From Chloroflexota bacterium (GTDB lineage Bacteria; Chloroflexota; UBA11872), in NCBI GenBank assembly GCA_965208215.1, contig CBDBOH010000002.1, positions 324,211-388,210 of the forward strand: a stretch of 64,000 bases of DNA, written 5' to 3'. Made by a program: the position numbers and the translations under genes. The notes below the pieces were generated by a model. It worked only from the letters and a program-made list of their open reading frames with translations. It had not been told where the DNA came from and did no database searches. Positions 9,934-18,250 of the stretch are shown piece after piece. Positions within the stretch are counted from its first letter, which is position 1. Every line of letters begins with the position of its first letter.

Positions 9934-10986
9934 TCAGGCGTTGGGGCGCAGGGCGGCGACGGTGGCGCGCAGGCGGTCGCGGGTGGTGGGGTCGGGGATG
10001 AGTTGAGCGGCGGCCAGTTGGAACCATTCGAGGTAGCGGGGGAGGCGTTCCCGGTAGGTGCGCGCGAGCGTCGGGTTGGCAGATTGCAAGCGGTGGCCGC
10101 GGACGTGGGCGGTGGCGGCGTAGGTGAGGGAGCGTTCGGCGGCGGCGGCCCAGAAGGTGTCGAGGCGCAGGCCGTGGTCGGCGATGACGGCGGCCGATCG
10201 GTGGGCCATGCGGTCGGGTGAACCCCAGCCGGGGAAGGTGAGGAGGTCGGCGAAGTCGATTTCGGGCGGGGCGACGGCGAGGGTTTCCCAGTCGATGACG
10301 ACGAGGCGGTCGTCGTTCCAGATGAGGTTCAGGGGCGAGAAGCCGTTGTGGACGATGCGGCGGGGACTGTTGAGGAGGGGCCTGATAAGGGAGTCGAGCA
10401 GGTCCCACGGGGCATTGGGAGCAGTGCGGCGGGGGGAGGCGGTTGGGGCAGGACTGGCGGAGGGGTCGGGCAGGCGGACGAAGGCGGAGGCGTAGCGGCG
10501 TTCGAGGGTGCGGCGGGTGATGCGGTCGAGGTCGGACTGGTAGGCGAGGGCGCGGAGCATGGGGCCGAACTGGTCTGTGATCGATTGAAAGCGGCGATAG
10601 GCATCGAGAGCGGCGTCGAGGGCCTCGGTTCCTTCCGAGTTCGACGGGGCTAGGAGTCCATCGGCGAGCGAGCGGTGGCCGACGTGTTGCATGGCGAGGG
10701 CGGCCCATTGGCCGGGCGCGTGGGCGGCGGCCAGGGGTTGGGGGGCGAGGCCGGGGGCGTAGCGATGGAGAAGGTCGAGGGCGCGTTCCTCGCGGCGCCA
10801 GCGGTGGGCGTAGTAGATGTCAATTTCCGGCAGGTAGCCCTTGACGACAACGGAGTGTGGTTGGGTTGCGACGAGCCACATGCGGTGGCGTCCGTCGGTA
10901 GCCAACGGGCGCCAGTGGGCGGATGCGTCGCCGAGTCCGGCCGTAATGGCTGTGCCGAGGGGGGCGGGGACGTCAGGGTCTGGCAT
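9934..10986 (-). CDS. APH/choline-kinase-fold protein lacking the catalytic Asp
   Basis: VVVK, RE, HNGFSPLN (HxDxxxxN with D>G) and IDWE motifs. Confidence 0.7.
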   Translation of the reverse strand: MPDPDVPAPLGTAITAGLGDASAHWRPLATDGRHRMWLVATQPHSVVVKGYLPEIDIYYAHRWRREERALDLLHRYAPGLAPQPLAAAHAPGQWAALAMQHVGHRSLADGLLAPSNSEGTEALDAALDAYRRFQSITDQFGPMLRALAYQSDLDRITRRTLERRYASAFVRLPDPSASPAPTASPRRTAPNAPWDLLDSLIRPLLNSPRRIVHNGFSPLNLIWNDDRLVVIDWETLAVAPPEIDFADLLTFPGWGSPDRMAHRSAAVIADHGLRLDTFWAAAAERSLTYAATAHVRGHRLQSANPTLARTYRERLPRYLEWFQLAAAQLIPDPTTRDRLRATVAALRPNA

Positions 10987-10990
10987 GACG

Positions 10991-12313
10991 CTAGAGCCGG
11001 CGGACCTCGGCGATCCATTGGGACAGGACGTAGGCGTTTATGGGGCGACCGACGCGTTCGGTGCGGAGTGCGACTTCGGCCAGACGGCGGTCCCGGATCG
11101 TCTCGAGATGCCGGTTCAGTCGAATCGGGCCGAGCCGGAATGGGCGGCCGTGCCTGACGGAGACGCAGTCGTCCTGGACGTGGAGAAAGGCGGGGCGGAG
11201 CCACATGGCGCTCAGCCAGAAGGCCAGGCCGACGGCGCCGCTTAGCGCGAGGGCCAGGGCGGTGGCGGCGGACACGTGGACGGCGACGACTCCGGCCGCG
11301 GTTGCCAGAAACGTCGTGACCCAGAACAGGACGACGATTGAACGGCGGTCGAATCGGAGGAGCTCCCAGTGGTAGTGGAGTGGAACAGCCAGCAGCGGAA
11401 GCGAAAAGCACTGGTGCGGGAGTGGATTGCCATCGGGGTCGCGGGGATCCGCCAGGCGGCGAATGAAGGGAATGAGGATCTTGAACTGGATCAACGATGA
11501 GAAGCCTTCAAGCAGCAGCGGGGCGGCGATGAGGGGCCAGAGGAGGTCGTAGCCGGCCACGATGGCGGCGATGGCCATGGTTGCGCCGAGCATGAGGGCC
11601 CCGCTGTCACCGATGTAGGCGCGGGCGCGGCGGGGCCGATCGCGGGCGGACGGGGCCCAGCGGGAGGGGAGGTTCCAGATCAGGGCGCCGCCGGCGCCGG
11701 CGGCGGTGAGGCCGGCCCAGACGCCGCTGACGGGGCCGGCGGCGAGCCAAAGGCCGGCCATCAGGATGGTGGCCGAGCCGGCGGTGAGTCCGTCCATGCC
11801 ATCGCTGAAGCCCGCGGCGAGGGTAGTGCCGAGGATCAAGACGGCGTACCAGAGGGCGAGCGGCACAACGGCGTCGGTTCCGAGGTGGGTGGCGAGGGCG
11901 AAGGGCGTGAGGGTTCCGAGATCGTGGAAGTCGCGACCGAGGATCAGGAGCGCAGCGGCGATGGAGAGCAAGACGATGACGGCGAAGTAGAGGCCTTCGC
12001 CGATGCCGCGGCCGCGGAGGGTCTTGGCCAGGTCGTCGATGAAGCCAAAGAGGAAGAACCCGGCGACGGCGGCCAGGGGCCAGAGGGGGGCGTCCGGGTG
12101 GAAGCCGACACCGATGGCCAGCGCGAGGGCCATGACCGGGCCGCCGACGAGGGGGAGGCGGCTGCTGGTGCGGATGGCGAAGGCGACCTGGCTGGATTGG
12201 GGCTTGGACTCGCGGGAGCGAAAGCGGGGGAAGAGGGCGAGGGCGATGGGGGTGAGGGCCGAGGTGAGCACGAGAGGTACCAGAACGAAGGCCAGGACGA
12301 GCACGATTGCCAT
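10991..12313 (-). CDS. MraY-family polyprenyl-phosphate phosphotransferase (divergent, C-terminal extension)
   Basis: PLVGG, FIDDLAK, SDGMDGL, YIGDSG, E...IQ and PLHYHWE (cf. PLHHHFE); ~10 TM helices. Confidence 0.8.
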   Translation of the reverse strand: MAIVLVLAFVLVPLVLTSALTPIALALFPRFRSRESKPQSSQVAFAIRTSSRLPLVGGPVMALALAIGVGFHPDAPLWPLAAVAGFFLFGFIDDLAKTLRGRGIGEGLYFAVIVLLSIAAALLILGRDFHDLGTLTPFALATHLGTDAVVPLALWYAVLILGTTLAAGFSDGMDGLTAGSATILMAGLWLAAGPVSGVWAGLTAAGAGGALIWNLPSRWAPSARDRPRRARAYIGDSGALMLGATMAIAAIVAGYDLLWPLIAAPLLLEGFSSLIQFKILIPFIRRLADPRDPDGNPLPHQCFSLPLLAVPLHYHWELLRFDRRSIVVLFWVTTFLATAAGVVAVHVSAATALALALSGAVGLAFWLSAMWLRPAFLHVQDDCVSVRHGRPFRLGPIRLNRHLETIRDRRLAEVALRTERVGRPINAYVLSQWIAEVRRL

Positions 12314-12378
12314 GGCCGATTGTCCAGGCTGGGTTACGTCGAACTCGATCTTGGTCGCCCGAGCGGCTCAGCAGGGCG

Positions 12379-12384
12379 AGTATA
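12379..12384 (-). promoter_or_regulatory. Candidate -10 box TATACT for the mraY-like gene
   Basis: Consensus-like hexamer in the 84-bp gap between GT4 and the mraY-like gene; no clear -35. Confidence 0.35.
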
Positions 12385-12397
12385 GGGATGGCGCTGG

Positions 12398-13591
12398 TCA
12401 GTGCCCGGCTTGCAGGGCGTCGTAGACGTGGACGACGTGTTGGATCTGGCGGGCCCAGCCGTACATGCGCTCGGCGCGGGTGCGGAGGGCGTGGGCGTGG
12501 CGGGTGCGGAGGGCGGGGTCGGCGAGGTAGCGGAGGAGGCCGTGGGCGAGGCCTTCGGCGGAGCCGACGGGGACGCGGAGGCCGGCTGAGCCGAGGAGTT
12601 CGCGGGCGACGGGGCCGTCGTAGGCGACGATGGGAAGGCCGGCGGCCATGTAGTTGAGGACCTTGCCGTTGCCCTCGGATTCGGAGCGCTTGGGGGCGAC
12701 GGCGATGTCGAGGACGCGGAGCATTTCGGGGGCAGCGGCGTAGGGGACGCGGCCGGTGAAGTGCATGTGACCGGCGAGGCCCGCGGCAGCGGCCGCGTCA
12801 CGGTAGGCCGCTGCGTTGGGGAATCCCATGACCAGGAAGTGGGCGCCCGGATTGCACTGGAGGACGAGTTGGGCGGCGCGGATCAGGTCGTCGGTTCCCT
12901 GGTAGGGGGCCAAGAGGCCGAGGTAACCAATGAGGAGGCGATTGGGTGGGATGCCGAGGCGGTCGCGGAGCCTGTGGACTTCGGAGGCGTCGTCGGGTTG
13001 GCGGGGGCGGAAGCGGGTGAGGTCGACGCCATCGGTGACGGCGACGACGCGGTCATTGGGCAGGCCGGACGCAGCGATGAGGGAGTTTCGGGCGTTCTCG
13101 GAACTGGTGAGAATGCGGTCGGCCAGGCGGTTGGCCAGTTTTTCGAGCAAGGAGAAGACGTGGAGCAGCGGGTTGGCGGCGCGGATGAATTGATGGTCGA
13201 GCATTTCGCGCGTGAGACTGCCCTGGTAGTCGAACACCAATCCGGCGCCATGCATGCGAGCCAGCAGCCAGCCGATGAGCACGCCTTCGTGCAGGTGGGC
13301 GTGAACGATGTCCACGGGCCGCGACGGCAGGCGGGTGAGGGCGGTGGCGAGCAGGGCGGGGTCGAGCATGAGCTTGCGCCAGTGCGAACCGACGCGCGGG
13401 CCGCCGCGGTGCAGCCAGGCGGGGATGCGGACGACGGGCAGTCCGGGCGGGTCACGTCCGCCTGGGTACGTTACAACGGTAACGTCGTATCCATGCTGCT
13501 GAAGGGCGCGGGCTTCCTCGAGAATGCGGACGTGGCAGCCGTAGTCCGCGAAGAAGCCGGTAGGCGCGATCTTGACGACATGACGACGCAC
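12398..13591 (-). CDS. Glycosyltransferase family 4 (GT-B)
   Basis: DIVHAH, DGVDL..F, YLGLL...QG, EGNGKVLNYMAAGLPIVA (the second E of EX7E is replaced by N). Confidence 0.88.
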   Translation of the reverse strand: MRRHVVKIAPTGFFADYGCHVRILEEARALQQHGYDVTVVTYPGGRDPPGLPVVRIPAWLHRGGPRVGSHWRKLMLDPALLATALTRLPSRPVDIVHAHLHEGVLIGWLLARMHGAGLVFDYQGSLTREMLDHQFIRAANPLLHVFSLLEKLANRLADRILTSSENARNSLIAASGLPNDRVVAVTDGVDLTRFRPRQPDDASEVHRLRDRLGIPPNRLLIGYLGLLAPYQGTDDLIRAAQLVLQCNPGAHFLVMGFPNAAAYRDAAAAAGLAGHMHFTGRVPYAAAPEMLRVLDIAVAPKRSESEGNGKVLNYMAAGLPIVAYDGPVARELLGSAGLRVPVGSAEGLAHGLLRYLADPALRTRHAHALRTRAERMYGWARQIQHVVHVYDALQAGH

Positions 13592-13704
13592 GAGGCGGGT
13601 CTCCCGTACACGCGAAACCTCCGCCGGTCGGGGCCGACGGAGGCGAGCCGGATTCTACTAGAGGCGTGGTCTCGATTCGGCAGCGGGAATGTGCAGGGTT
13701 GGCC

Positions 13705-14196
13705 GTGAGCGTTCCCTGCGAGTTGACCGTGGCGACTTGCGACGAGCAGGCGACGCGCGACCTGGGGCGGGCGCTGGGGATGGCGTGTTGCGGGCGGGTG
13801 TGCGTGGCGTTGAGCGGGCCGTTGGGGGCGGGGAAGACGGTGGTGGTGAAGGGGATGGCCGAGGGGCTGGGCATGGCCGACACTGTGACCTCGCCGACAT
13901 TCACATTTGTAAACGAGTACCACGGGGGAGGGCGGCGGTTGACGCACGTGGATCTTTACCGGATCGAGAGCTACGACGACCTGGAGTCGATTGGATGGTC
14001 GGACGTGGTGCTGGAGGCTGACGTGCTGGCGGTGGAGTGGGCGGAGCGCGCGGACGGGGAGCTTCCGACGCCGCGGATTGAGGTGGGGCTGGTGCTGGGT
14101 GCGGGCGACGAGCGGCGGGTGGAGTTGCGGGCGGTGGGCGCGGAGGCGCAGGCGGTACTGGCGCGATTGCAGGCGCAGGACCTGGATTGCGCGTGA
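13705..14196 (+). CDS. tsaE: t6A biosynthesis ATPase TsaE
   Basis: GPLGAGKT, SPTF, HVDLYR, VEWAE. Confidence 0.93.
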   Translation: MSVPCELTVATCDEQATRDLGRALGMACCGRVCVALSGPLGAGKTVVVKGMAEGLGMADTVTSPTFTFVNEYHGGGRRLTHVDLYRIESYDDLESIGWSDVVLEADVLAVEWAERADGELPTPRIEVGLVLGAGDERRVELRAVGAEAQAVLARLQAQDLDCA

Positions 14197-14843
14197 TCGC
14201 GGCGCTGAATACATCGTTCGAGGCCCCGGCGCTCGGCGTTGGCCGTGACGGCGGGTTGCTGGCAGCGGCGTGTGCTCCGGGATGGCCGGCGGATCTTTCC
14301 GACCTGGTGACGCGCGCGTTCAGCAAGGCTGGGCTGGCGCCGGACGCGGCGCTGGAGGGCGTGGTGGTGGCGACGGGGCCGGGGCGGTTTGGATCGCTGC
14401 GCGGGGGGATTGCGTTTGCCAAGGGCCTGGCGATGGCGCGGCGAGTCCCGCTGCTGGGCGTGCCGACGGCGGCGGCGGTGGCGGAGGCGGCGGGGGCGAG
14501 CGACGCGAGCGTGGTTTCTCCGGCCGGCCGCGGACGCTGGTATGTCGCGAGGAATGTCGAAGCCGACGAGATCCAACTGGTGGACGCCGACGAAGTTGCG
14601 CAGGCCGTTGCGGGAAACGTGCCGGTTGCAGGGCCGTTGGATGCGGAGTTGGTAGGTGCGCTTGAGGCTGGCGGTCGGCAGGTGCGGCGGGTGGGCGGCG
14701 AGGCCGTGCTGCGGGCGCTGGTTCGACTGGCCACGCAGCGACTTGAGAGCGGGCGCGGTTCGGCAATGTTGGGGGCGCGCCCGGTGTATGCGGCGCCGGC
14801 GACTCGCGCGAGACCGTGGATTCGTGGTATTCCGCACGGTTGA
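14193..14843 (+). CDS. tsaB: t6A biosynthesis protein TsaB
   Basis: LNTS, GPGRFGSLRGG.AFAKGL; lies between tsaE and rimI, GTGA overlap with tsaE. Confidence 0.85.
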   Translation: MIAALNTSFEAPALGVGRDGGLLAAACAPGWPADLSDLVTRAFSKAGLAPDAALEGVVVATGPGRFGSLRGGIAFAKGLAMARRVPLLGVPTAAAVAEAAGASDASVVSPAGRGRWYVARNVEADEIQLVDADEVAQAVAGNVPVAGPLDAELVGALEAGGRQVRRVGGEAVLRALVRLATQRLESGRGSAMLGARPVYAAPATRARPWIRGIPHG

Positions 14844-14871
14844 GCAAGCGAGATCAAGCAGTTGGATTAGA

Positions 14872-14897
14872 AGGGCACTCACAAGGGGCGCCCCGAC
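14872..14897 (-). repeat. GTAG-type REP-like palindrome, second copy (GTCG variant)
   Basis: AGGGCACTCACAAGGGGCGCCCCGAC, two mismatches to 6441-6466. Confidence 0.65.
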
Positions 14898-14924
14898 ATG
14901 GAGGTTGGACGAACGGGCGGCGCG

Positions 14925-15527
14925 ATGGTTGACGAGACGTTTGTAGTCGAGCCCATGCGGGTGGAGCAGCTGGACCAGGTGCGGCGGATCGAGCGTGCGT
15001 GCTTTCCGACGCCGTGGCCGCGGAACGCGTATCGGCGCGAGATCCAGAAGAACGAGCGGGCGCGTTACCTGGTGGTTCGGACGACGGGCGAGCCGGCGGG
15101 TGAGGCGCGGAGGCAGTTTTCGTTCTCGTTCCTGGGGTTCGGGCGGTCGGCGGCGCGGGACGTGGTGGCGTATTGCGGGGTGTGGGTGATGCTGGACGAG
15201 GCGCACATCACGACGATCGCGGTGGATCCGGACTACCGGCGGTTGGGGCTGGGGCAACTGCTGCTCATCCAGATGGCGCGGATTGCGCTGCAGGCGCGGG
15301 CGACGCGGATGACGCTGGAGGTGCGGATGAGCAACGAAGGGGCGCAGAAGCTCTATCGGAAGTATGGGTTCAGCGATGGCGGGGTGCGGCCGCGGTATTA
15401 CAGCGACGACTTCGAGGACGCGCTGATCATGCGGAGCGAGGAACTGAGCAGTTGCAGGTTTGCGGAGCGGATCGATGCCGGAGAAGCGGAGTTGCGGCGG
15501 CGGCTGACGTGGAGGTCGCGGCTGTGA
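14925..15527 (+). CDS. rimI: Ribosomal protein S18 alanine N-acetyltransferase
   Basis: IE..CF..PW, EAHITTIAV, RRLGLG, LEVRMSN..A..LY..YGF, RPRYY. Confidence 0.9.
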   Translation: MVDETFVVEPMRVEQLDQVRRIERACFPTPWPRNAYRREIQKNERARYLVVRTTGEPAGEARRQFSFSFLGFGRSAARDVVAYCGVWVMLDEAHITTIAVDPDYRRLGLGQLLLIQMARIALQARATRMTLEVRMSNEGAQKLYRKYGFSDGGVRPRYYSDDFEDALIMRSEELSSCRFAERIDAGEAELRRRLTWRSRL

Positions 15528-16585
15528 CGAACGGGATCCCGAGGTGGCTGCTGGCGATTGAGACGTCGTGCGACGACACGTCGGTTTCGGTGCTGCGAGA
15601 TGGGCGTGAGGCGACGGCGACGGTGAGCCAGACGCAGGTGGCGCCGCACGCGGCGTATGGCGGGATCGTGCCGGAGGCGGCGTCGAGGATTCACGCGGAG
15701 GCCATTGACTCGGTGTGCGGGGCGGCGCTGGAGCAGGCAGGTGTGGGTATCGACGAGATCAGGGCGGTGGCGGTGACGGTGGGACCGGGGCTGCCGGGGT
15801 CGCTGCTGGTTGGGTTGGAGTTTGCGCGGGGGATGGCGTTTGGGCTGGGGGTCCCACTAGTTCCGGTGAATCACCTGGAGGGGCACATCGCGGCGGCGTG
15901 GCTGGACGTGGACGAGGTGCCCGAGTTGCCGGCGGTGGCGTTGATCGTGTCTGGCGGACATACCGAACTGGTGCTGGTGGACGGGCCGGGGCGCTACCGG
16001 ATGCTGGGGCGGACGCGGGACGACGCGGCGGGGGAGGCGTTCGACAAGGTGGCACGGATGCTCGGGCTGGGATTTCCGGGCGGGCCGGCGATCCAGAAGG
16101 CGGCCGAACAGGTGGAGGGCACGCCGTACACGCTGCCGCGGGCGTGGCTGCGCGGGACCAGCGACTTCAGTTTCAGCGGGTTGAAGACGGCGGTGCGGCG
16201 GCTGCTGGAGAACCGGCTGGGGCCGGATGAGTCGGCGCGAATCCTGGGCGCCGACGGAATAGAACAGGTCGCTGAAGGTGACGCGCTGGTGGGGCAGGTG
16301 GCGCTGGCGTTTGAGGAGTCGGTTGTGGAGGTGCTGGTGCGGAAGACTGTCGGTGCGGCTGATGCAGTCGGTGCGCGGTCGATCATCGTGACGGGCGGGG
16401 TGGCGGCGAATGCGCGGCTGCGGGCGGAGATGCGGGCGGCGACGGCGATGCCATTGTTCATTCCGGCGCCGGCGCGATGCACGGATAACGCGGCGATGAT
16501 CGGGCTGGCGGGCGCGTGGGCGCTGGCGCGAGGGGAGGCGAACGGGGGGCGGCTGGAGATAAAGCCGGGGATGCGGTTGGTTTGA
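15524..16585 (+). CDS. tsaD: t6A threonylcarbamoyltransferase TsaD
   Basis: AIETSCDDT, GGIVPE, NHLEGH, SGGHT, DDAAGEAFDK, FSFSGLKT, TDNAAMI. Confidence 0.96.
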   Translation: MTNGIPRWLLAIETSCDDTSVSVLRDGREATATVSQTQVAPHAAYGGIVPEAASRIHAEAIDSVCGAALEQAGVGIDEIRAVAVTVGPGLPGSLLVGLEFARGMAFGLGVPLVPVNHLEGHIAAAWLDVDEVPELPAVALIVSGGHTELVLVDGPGRYRMLGRTRDDAAGEAFDKVARMLGLGFPGGPAIQKAAEQVEGTPYTLPRAWLRGTSDFSFSGLKTAVRRLLENRLGPDESARILGADGIEQVAEGDALVGQVALAFEESVVEVLVRKTVGAADAVGARSIIVTGGVAANARLRAEMRAATAMPLFIPAPARCTDNAAMIGLAGAWALARGEANGGRLEIKPGMRLV

Positions 16586-16611
16586 GGCCGGGGCCGTCGA
16601 GTCTGCCGCTA

Positions 16612-16732
16612 GAGACCGCTGCGTAACCTGAGGGCGCGTGCCCGTAAGACCCTCACCCCAGCCCTCTCCCACGGGGAGAGGGAGCAAGAGCGGCCACTCA
16701 TTGGCAGGCGAGAGTCGTTCTGCAAGGGTCTC
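16612..16732. mobile_element. 121-bp MITE-like element with IS5-type terminal inverted repeats
   Basis: Ends GAGACCGCTGCGTAAC and (reverse complement) GAGACCCTTGCAGAAC resemble the IS end GAGACCTTTGAATAAC at 63605; internal CCCTCTCCC/GGGGAGAGGG hairpin. Confidence 0.65.
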
Positions 16733-16734
16733 CG

Positions 16735-18240
16735 TTAGGAGAGCGCGGCGAGGGTGGGCGCCGATTGGGTGCGGCGGGTGGTGAGGGCGCTGGTGTAGAG
16801 GCGTTCGTAGGCGGCGGCGGAGACGTCCCAGGAGGAGTCGCGGGTCATGCCGCGGCGGACGATCCGGCGCCAGGCGTCGGGGAAGCGATAGAGCTCCAGG
16901 GCACGGACGACGGCGCCGAAGAAGTCGATGGGGTCGTAGCGATTGAAGACGAAGCCGATGCCGGTGTCGCTGGCGGGATCGACATCATCGACGGTGTCGG
17001 CGAGGCCGCCGGTGGCGCGGACGACGGGGACGCTGCCGTAGCGCATGGCGATGAGCTGGCCGAGGCCGCAGGGTTCGTGGCGCGAGGGCATGAGGAAAAT
17101 GTCGCTGCCGGCGTAGATCTGGCTGGCGAGCGGGTTGTCGAAGCGGATGGCGGCCGCGACCTGGTCGGGGTGGGCCAGGGCCAGCTCGCGGAGGGCTTCC
17201 TCGTAGCGGGGCTCGCCGAGGCCGAGGACGGCGAGCTGGGCGCCGCGGTCGAGGATGTGGGGCAGGGAGGCGAGCAGGAGGTCGAGGCCCTTGTGCTCGG
17301 CGAGGCGGGTGACCATGCCGAGGAGGGGGGCCTCGGGTCGGATGGGGAGGCCGACGGCTTGCTGGAGGGCGGTCTTGTTGGGGGCGCGGCGGTCGAGGGT
17401 TTCGAGGGCGTAGCGGCTGGTGAGGTGGGGATCGGCGGCGGGGTTGTAGGCCTCGGTGTCGATGCCGTTGAGGATGCCGTGGAGGTCGGGTTCGCGGTCG
17501 CGAAGCAGGGGGTCGAGGTCGTGGCCGAAGGCGGGGGTGAGGATTTCGTCGGCGTAGCGGGGGCTGACGGTGTTGACCTTGTCGGCGAAGAGGATGCCGC
17601 GCGCCATGAAGACGAAGACATCGCTGAGGTCGGGGCGGGTGGGGTGGGGGATGAGGCCGTCGGGCGCGAGTCCGGCCGTTTCGAGGACCGATGAGTCGAA
17701 GTGGCCCTGGTATTCGAGATTGTGGATGGTGAAGACGCTGGCGGTTTCGGCGAATTCGGGGGCGTGGTGGTGGGTGGTGCGGAGCCAGTTGGGGATGAGG
17801 CCGGTGTGCCAGTCGTGGCAGTGAATGACGTCGGGGCGCCAGTCCAGCACGCGGGCGGTTTCCAGGGCGGCGCGGGCGAAGAAGGTGAAGCGATGGCCGT
17901 CGTCGGGGTAGCCGTAGATGCCGGGTCGCGCGCTGACGTAGTGCTCGTTGTCGATGAGCAGCACTTCGAAGCCATCGAGCTCGACGGCGTCGAGGCGTAC
18001 TCGCTCCTGGTGCCCGTTGAAGGGCAGGTCGAAGCGGGCGATGCCGGGGCGACGCGTGACCGCGGTGAGGTCGACCGATCCGTAGCGGGGAATGGCGACG
18101 CGGACGTCGAGACCGCGGCGGGCCAGGGCCCTGGGGAGGGAGGCCATTACGTCTGCGAGGCCGCCGGTCTTGGCGAAGGGGTCGAACTCGGCGGCGACCA
18201 TGAGGACGCGGAGCGGAGGGGGCTGGGCCGTTTCGGACAT
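16735..18240 (-). CDS. glgA: Glycogen synthase
   Basis: KTGGLADV, HCHDWHT, TIHNL.YQG, NGID, PSRHEPCGL.Q, RATGGLADTV. Confidence 0.95.
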   Translation of the reverse strand: MSETAQPPPLRVLMVAAEFDPFAKTGGLADVMASLPRALARRGLDVRVAIPRYGSVDLTAVTRRPGIARFDLPFNGHQERVRLDAVELDGFEVLLIDNEHYVSARPGIYGYPDDGHRFTFFARAALETARVLDWRPDVIHCHDWHTGLIPNWLRTTHHHAPEFAETASVFTIHNLEYQGHFDSSVLETAGLAPDGLIPHPTRPDLSDVFVFMARGILFADKVNTVSPRYADEILTPAFGHDLDPLLRDREPDLHGILNGIDTEAYNPAADPHLTSRYALETLDRRAPNKTALQQAVGLPIRPEAPLLGMVTRLAEHKGLDLLLASLPHILDRGAQLAVLGLGEPRYEEALRELALAHPDQVAAAIRFDNPLASQIYAGSDIFLMPSRHEPCGLGQLIAMRYGSVPVVRATGGLADTVDDVDPASDTGIGFVFNRYDPIDFFGAVVRALELYRFPDAWRRIVRRGMTRDSSWDVSAAAYERLYTSALTTRRTQSAPTLAALS

Positions 18241-18250
18241 GGCGGGGCGG

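Noticed and set aside
8735-10006. Long + strand ORFs opposite real genes (also 16765-17694, 18092-19312, 21598-22764, 24359-25441, 34249-35502, 36782-38002)
   Set aside because: Antisense shadow frames produced by high GC and codon bias; the opposite strand carries clear enzyme motifs
8534-10708. 724-aa MurF and the long N-terminal extensions of PurH, PurL, PurF and TsaD in the ORF track
   Set aside because: The extensions are Arg/Pro-rich off-frame reads overlapping upstream genes; downstream starts give normal lengths and tight coupling
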